This document shows positions 59,807 to 64,000 of a DNA stretch of 64,000 nt, piece after piece (the first letter of the stretch is position 1; the number at the start of each line of letters is the position of its first letter). Source of the stretch: Candidatus Aenigmatarchaeota archaeon (lineage in GTDB: Archaea; Aenigmatarchaeota; Aenigmatarchaeia; CG10238-14; SpSt-28); the NCBI GenBank assembly GCA_038733315.1, contig JAVYPJ010000001.1, forward strand, positions 39,863-103,862. The letters are read 5' to 3'. The position numbers and the translations under genes were made by a program. The notes below the pieces were generated by a model. That model was not told the origin of the DNA and ran no database searches. It saw nothing but the letters and a program-made list of their open reading frames with translations.

Positions 59807-61975
59807 ATGTATGTTATCGGAATTACACCTGGCGCTTATCAAATTGCTAGAGCTGCTGGAGCTGAAGCTGCAAGAGAATTTGCGGGAATAGAAGAAAAAT
59901 TAAGATATGGATATACTGTTGGATGCAATTTTTTTCAAATAGATCAAGAAGTTTTTGGAGAATTTGTAGAACCAAATTTAATAAAAAGAATTTCTAGATT
60001 AATTCAAGAAATGAATATTCAATGGGCATTGCATGGATTAATAATTGGAGAAATATATCAAACCTTAGAATCCATGAATTTTATTCTTTGGAAACTTTCT
60101 CATTTAATTCTAAACAGAGATTTAATTTTTTTGTACGAAATTTTGCAAGAAATAAAAAGAAATAATTATTCAAAAGAAGTTTTTCCGCACTATACAATTT
60201 ATCATGCAAGTAGAGAATTAGTTGTTGGTTATGCGCTATTTAGAGAAAGAGAAATAATATCCGAAGTTTTAACTATAAATCCTGAAGGAAATACAAATTG
60301 GGACGAATTCTTAGAAAAAAGAAAAAAATTAAAAGAATGGTTTTTAGAGAATGTTTTTGAAATATTGTTTAGAAGAGAGATTCTAAAAAGATTTGCCGGC
60401 TTTATTCCTTCTCCACTATTATTTGCACTAGCTAATTCATTATACATTCTTTTTAAAGACGATAAAATATCTGAAGATGATTTAAGAAAAATTTTAGAAG
60501 AAATAGAAGAAAATAAAAAAATTGTTGATGATATCATTAACTCTTTTAAAAATTTAAAAAATAATAAAATAGAACTAATAGATGAAAACATAATAAGAAT
60601 TGAAGCTAGTTTATCTAATTTTTTAAGAAACGTTTATCCAAAAGTTAAAAAGATTTATGAAAAGGTAGAAAATTTTTTTAAAGAAAAAAATTTGGAAAAT
60701 GAATTTAAAAAAGCAAAATTAAAAAGTTTAGAAAATTCATATACTATATATAAGCAACAATATGAAAGAGGAATAGCAAAGGGTGCAATATTTTATGAAG
60801 ATATAGCTATGTTATTAGTATGTAAAGATGTTGAATTTGGATATTTAGAAGAAAACTATGAATCTTTCTTATCAAAAAAAACATGTGAATTTTTAATTAA
60901 AAGATTATTAGATAATAAAAAAATTGAAGAGCATGTAAAAGAAACTTATAAAAAATTAGATGGTAACTTCGAAAAAGAATTAATTGATATAGAAAAGGGA
61001 GAAATAAATTTAACTCCGGAATTAAATACCTTAGCTTCTATTGTTTATTCTATTTCTCATTTTTTAGTTAGCATAGAAAATTTCCCAGAAATTTTAGAAG
61101 AAACAAGAAGAAGAATTTATCATTTAAGTGAAGAAGAAAAAAAGAATATTGAAGAATTTGCAAAAAAGAAGCCGTATGAAAAGCTAAAAATATTAATAGA
61201 AGAATTGAGAAAAATAGGAATTAATAGAGAAGAGGCTTTTTTTATTGCAATAGAAACTCCAGAAGCATCTCCACCTTATGAAGGCTTAAGAAGAATATGT
61301 AAATTAAAAGATGTTTTTATTGCTAGTGAAGCTTTAAACTTAGAATTTCAAATTAGATGTAATACAAAAGAAAAAGCTTTTGCTGCTTGTATTGATACTG
61401 AGCATTTATTATCCAATGCGTTTAACGTAAATAGCGAAATAGAAGAATTAATTGGATATGTTGAAAAGTGGAAAAACGAAATTTATTCAAGAGTAGCAAT
61501 ATATCATATAGGAGTTCCAAAGCCATATTTTGGAACTACACACATACCTTTTGATATTGGAAGTGATGAGCAATATTTAATATACGAATATTCCTTTAAA
61601 CTAAAAAAAGCTGGATTTAACGATGAAAAGAAAAATGATTTAGAAAGATATAGCTATTTAATTTTTGAAAGGGGTGGCGGGCAATTACCTTTTCAGTTTT
61701 TAAGAACTGTATTATTAGCATTAAGAATTATTAAAAAATATTTAGATATGAATATAGAACCGAATGAAATAGAAAAAAATAAAGAATATTATTCGGAATT
61801 TTTTGGTTTTGATGAGCAATTCATAAAAGAAAGAGAAATAATTTTTCAACACGCTTTAGATCCATTAAAAGGTATGATAGTATGGCCAGAAGAGGCTCAT
61901 ACAATTTTAGGAAGAGAAGCGATCGAAAGATTTAGAAAAAGACCTGAAGAATGGGCTTCTGAAGAGTATAAATAA
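59807..61975 (+). CDS. Xylose-isomerase/AP-endonuclease-2-like TIM-barrel protein with large helical insertions
   Basis: WALHG, IYHAS, IAIETP, CIDTEH, IYHI, HIPF, IFERGGG; ATG at 59807 avoids overlap with topA. Confidence 0.6.
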   Translation: MYVIGITPGAYQIARAAGAEAAREFAGIEEKLRYGYTVGCNFFQIDQEVFGEFVEPNLIKRISRLIQEMNIQWALHGLIIGEIYQTLESMNFILWKLSHLILNRDLIFLYEILQEIKRNNYSKEVFPHYTIYHASRELVVGYALFREREIISEVLTINPEGNTNWDEFLEKRKKLKEWFLENVFEILFRREILKRFAGFIPSPLLFALANSLYILFKDDKISEDDLRKILEEIEENKKIVDDIINSFKNLKNNKIELIDENIIRIEASLSNFLRNVYPKVKKIYEKVENFFKEKNLENEFKKAKLKSLENSYTIYKQQYERGIAKGAIFYEDIAMLLVCKDVEFGYLEENYESFLSKKTCEFLIKRLLDNKKIEEHVKETYKKLDGNFEKELIDIEKGEINLTPELNTLASIVYSISHFLVSIENFPEILEETRRRIYHLSEEEKKNIEEFAKKKPYEKLKILIEELRKIGINREEAFFIAIETPEASPPYEGLRRICKLKDVFIASEALNLEFQIRCNTKEKAFAACIDTEHLLSNAFNVNSEIEELIGYVEKWKNEIYSRVAIYHIGVPKPYFGTTHIPFDIGSDEQYLIYEYSFKLKKAGFNDEKKNDLERYSYLIFERGGGQLPFQFLRTVLLALRIIKKYLDMNIEPNEIEKNKEYYSEFFGFDEQFIKEREIIFQHALDPLKGMIVWPEEAHTILGREAIERFRKRPEEWASEEYK

Positions 61976-61990
61976 TAAAATATTTTTATA

Positions 61991-62079
61991 GGGCCGGTAG
62001 CTTAGTGGGAAAGCGCCGCCTTCGCATTCTAAGAGAAAGAAAAAGGCGGAGACCCCGGGTTCAAATCCCGGCCGGTCCA
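61991..62079 (+). tRNA. tRNA-Ala(CGC) with a 17-nt intron at position 37/38 (62027-62043)
   Basis: Acceptor GGGCCGG/CCGGTCC with G3:U70; CCGCC-TT-CGC-A[intron]A-GGCGG; GGTTCAAATCC. Confidence 0.9.
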
Positions 62080-62136
62080 AAACCAATCCAAAAAACTATG
62101 TAAAAATATTAAAACGGAATATAAAAGATAATATCT

Positions 62137-62349
62137 TTACGGAACTATTATCTTTCCAAGAAATAGATAAATGATTGGGTTTGTAAATATTGACATAAAA
62201 ACCCCTATTAATATGGATTGCCTTTTAGGAATATTAAGAATTTTCTTACAAACTAAAAAAGTTGTAAAAAGAATTAAGGGAATTGATAACCAACAGCATA
62301 TTAAGTAACGCATTCTATCTTTTAAAAAAATATCCGGAAGATTAAACAA
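62137..62349 (-). CDS. Small membrane protein or gene remnant
   Basis: Two hydrophobic segments; start uncertain. Confidence 0.35.
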   Translation of the reverse strand: MFNLPDIFLKDRMRYLICCWLSIPLILFTTFLVCKKILNIPKRQSILIGVFMSIFTNPIIYLFLGKIIVP

Positions 62350-62500
62350 ACAGATTCTTGATTTATTATCGTTAGCAAAAAAACTGCTATAATAAATCTC
62401 TTATTTATTATCTCCTTAACATTTTTATTAACAAAAATTTGTAAGAAAATTTATTAAAAACACTAAACTAAATTATATCTTTGCAACAAAAATATTATTT

Positions 62501-63088
62501 ATGAATCTGAAAGAAATGAAAGAGGTTTTAGAGAAAAATTATTTACCGCTATATCATCCGTTTTTACCCTACAAAGTTTTATATTTGGGAACGTGTGATA
62601 AAGATAAGAATCCTAATTTGACTGTTATTTCTTTTGCTAAGGTTGTAAATGAAAAAACCATAGCGATACCTAATATAGCGCTTCTTAAATCTATAAAAAA
62701 TATAGAGGAAAATCCAAATGTAACCTTAGTTTCCCATATATACAAGAAATTTGAATTCTACGGTCCATGGTATCTTAGGCCAATTAATTTTATAACAAAA
62801 AACATTATTAAAGAGCTTCCAACATCTTTTTTTGGTCTTATAAAATTCAAATTTTTAATTTTTTTATATTCCTATTTTCTAAAGTTTTTCCTACCAAAAC
62901 TTCCATACAAAATATTGCCATGCGAAGAAAAATTTTATGAGTTTAGAGGCAAAGCAAAAATAGTTAAGTATGGTAGTATTTATGAAAAAATGAATAATTT
63001 TATTAAAGCTGCCCTAGGAAAAGATTTTAATTTAGAGAGTGTTGTGATAATAGAAATAGAGGAAATTAGAGAATGGTCGAGGAAATAA
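62501..63088 (+). CDS. Pyridoxamine-5'-phosphate-oxidase-like (FMN split-barrel) protein with a hydrophobic insertion
   Basis: LGTCDKDKNPNL, KSIKNIEENPNVTL, YEFRGKA, VVIIEIEEI. Confidence 0.75.
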   Translation: MNLKEMKEVLEKNYLPLYHPFLPYKVLYLGTCDKDKNPNLTVISFAKVVNEKTIAIPNIALLKSIKNIEENPNVTLVSHIYKKFEFYGPWYLRPINFITKNIIKELPTSFFGLIKFKFLIFLYSYFLKFFLPKLPYKILPCEEKFYEFRGKAKIVKYGSIYEKMNNFIKAALGKDFNLESVVIIEIEEIREWSRK

Positions 63089-63846
63089 GCATATATAGCG
63101 ATGTAATTAAAAAAAGGATTGAAGATGAAAGTAAAGGTGTAGAGAGTGATATAAACATTTCTCAGGAAATGAAAGATGCTCTGGAAAAAAATTTTGATGA
63201 AACTTTTTCAAAAGAAAAACCATTTTACTACCATTATCTATGCATCGGAAAAAAACCAAAAGTAATACCGATAAAAAAATTAACTGTAATAGAGAAAAAC
63301 AAAATACTAATAGAATTTGAAAGGCCTTTAAAACTTAGAGGTAGAGCTAGTTTGATGTGCTGTTTATATTCTAGAATAGAGAAAAAAGAGAATTTCTTAA
63401 TTTCTAAGGCTATTGGAGTAAAAGAAATGAAAGGCTGGCAATTCAAAGGAAATTTATATCAATATGAAAAAGGATATAAAAAATATATTTTGGAAGTGGA
63501 TGAAATTTATTGTGCAATAAGTGGAAAAAAGCTACAAGAAAGTAAAAAAAGGTCGAGAATAAAGTTAATAAATGGTATAATTAAGTTTTTCTATAGATTA
63601 AGTGGAAAAGTTTCTATGAGAATAGCAAAAAATGTGCTTAAAAAATATGGGATAAAAATGAAAGATGAAAAGATAATTGGAGAATTGGAAGATTTAGAAT
63701 TTGATAATTTAATATCGGATTTGATACAAGAGTATTCGAAAATATACGGAAAAAGGTTTGCGTCTTACATTCCAGAGCTATTGGGATATCTCTCGGAAAC
63801 ATTTAGAGTTTCTCCAAAAAAAGAATGGAGACCGATAGGAAAATAA
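63073..63846 (+). CDS. Divergent split-barrel-like protein with helical C-terminus
   Basis: KGWQFKG...ILEVDEIY resembles the PNPOx-like C-terminal motif; overlaps the upstream gene. Confidence 0.5.
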   Translation: MVEEISIYSDVIKKRIEDESKGVESDINISQEMKDALEKNFDETFSKEKPFYYHYLCIGKKPKVIPIKKLTVIEKNKILIEFERPLKLRGRASLMCCLYSRIEKKENFLISKAIGVKEMKGWQFKGNLYQYEKGYKKYILEVDEIYCAISGKKLQESKKRSRIKLINGIIKFFYRLSGKVSMRIAKNVLKKYGIKMKDEKIIGELEDLEFDNLISDLIQEYSKIYGKRFASYIPELLGYLSETFRVSPKKEWRPIGK

Positions 63847-64000
63847 TCCGCTACTTTTAATCAGTAAAAATCTTTAAATCTTTATGGAGAAAAACATAGC
63901 TTTTTTTATAAGAATTGAAAAGTTAAGAAAATCTGCAAAGAAGAAAAAGATAGAAAAAAATGCCGCTCTAAAAGCATTAAGAGAAGCCTATGAGAATAGA

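Noticed and set aside
32346..62079. Integrated element at either tRNA
   Set aside because: No integrase and no duplicated tRNA 3' end (att site) seen; the only shared sequence is the normal T-arm.
1924..63446. Many 60-120 aa ORFs lying inside larger genes on the opposite strand
   Set aside because: F/S/I/L-rich shadow frames expected from the reverse complement of A-rich coding DNA; no recognisable motifs.
63884..64000. Open frame running off the window end (MEKNIAFFIRIEKLRK...)
   Set aside because: Only 39 codons are visible with no recognisable motif, so it cannot be supported.

Overview
Very AT-rich, gene-dense archaeal chromosome segment. Archaeal markers include Rpo3/RpoD, fibrillarin-Nop5, RFC-S, CDC48/VAT, Hef/XPF, Pth2 and an intron-containing tRNA. 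Tight gene overlaps, broken-up housekeeping operons and K/E/I-rich proteins suggest a reduced DPANN-type genome, perhaps Aenigmarchaeota-like; that assignment is inference. The window has four parts. (1) About 1.1-19.6 kb: an unannotated cell-surface locus. It encodes a MinD ATPase, a candidate fibre subunit with a free N-terminal beta-strand, two more proteins sharing that fold, membrane-anchored Ig/PapD(DUF916)-like proteins, a 2542-aa modular adhesin and an HTH regulator. This is the best candidate for an undescribed system (a donor-strand-type fibre or host-attachment apparatus). (2) About 19.6-32 kb: Lhr helicase, a TPR-like gene broken at an A9 run, and a DUF2341 plus degenerate gingipain-like surface protein. 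(3) About 29.4-40.1 kb: a glycosylation region around tRNA-Leu with a circularly permuted GT-B glycosyltransferase, a decayed GT2 duplicate and a frameshifted FkbM methyltransferase. (4) About 40-64 kb: mostly housekeeping, plus a 39-codon ORF resembling the CDC48 tail, identical DNA blocks shared by the CDC48 D1 and D2 domains, and a pilin-like adhesin whose start codon is out of frame across an (AT)6 tract. No CRISPR array, rRNA, integrase, transposase or reverse transcriptase was seen. All family calls are by-eye motif recognition, not database searches.
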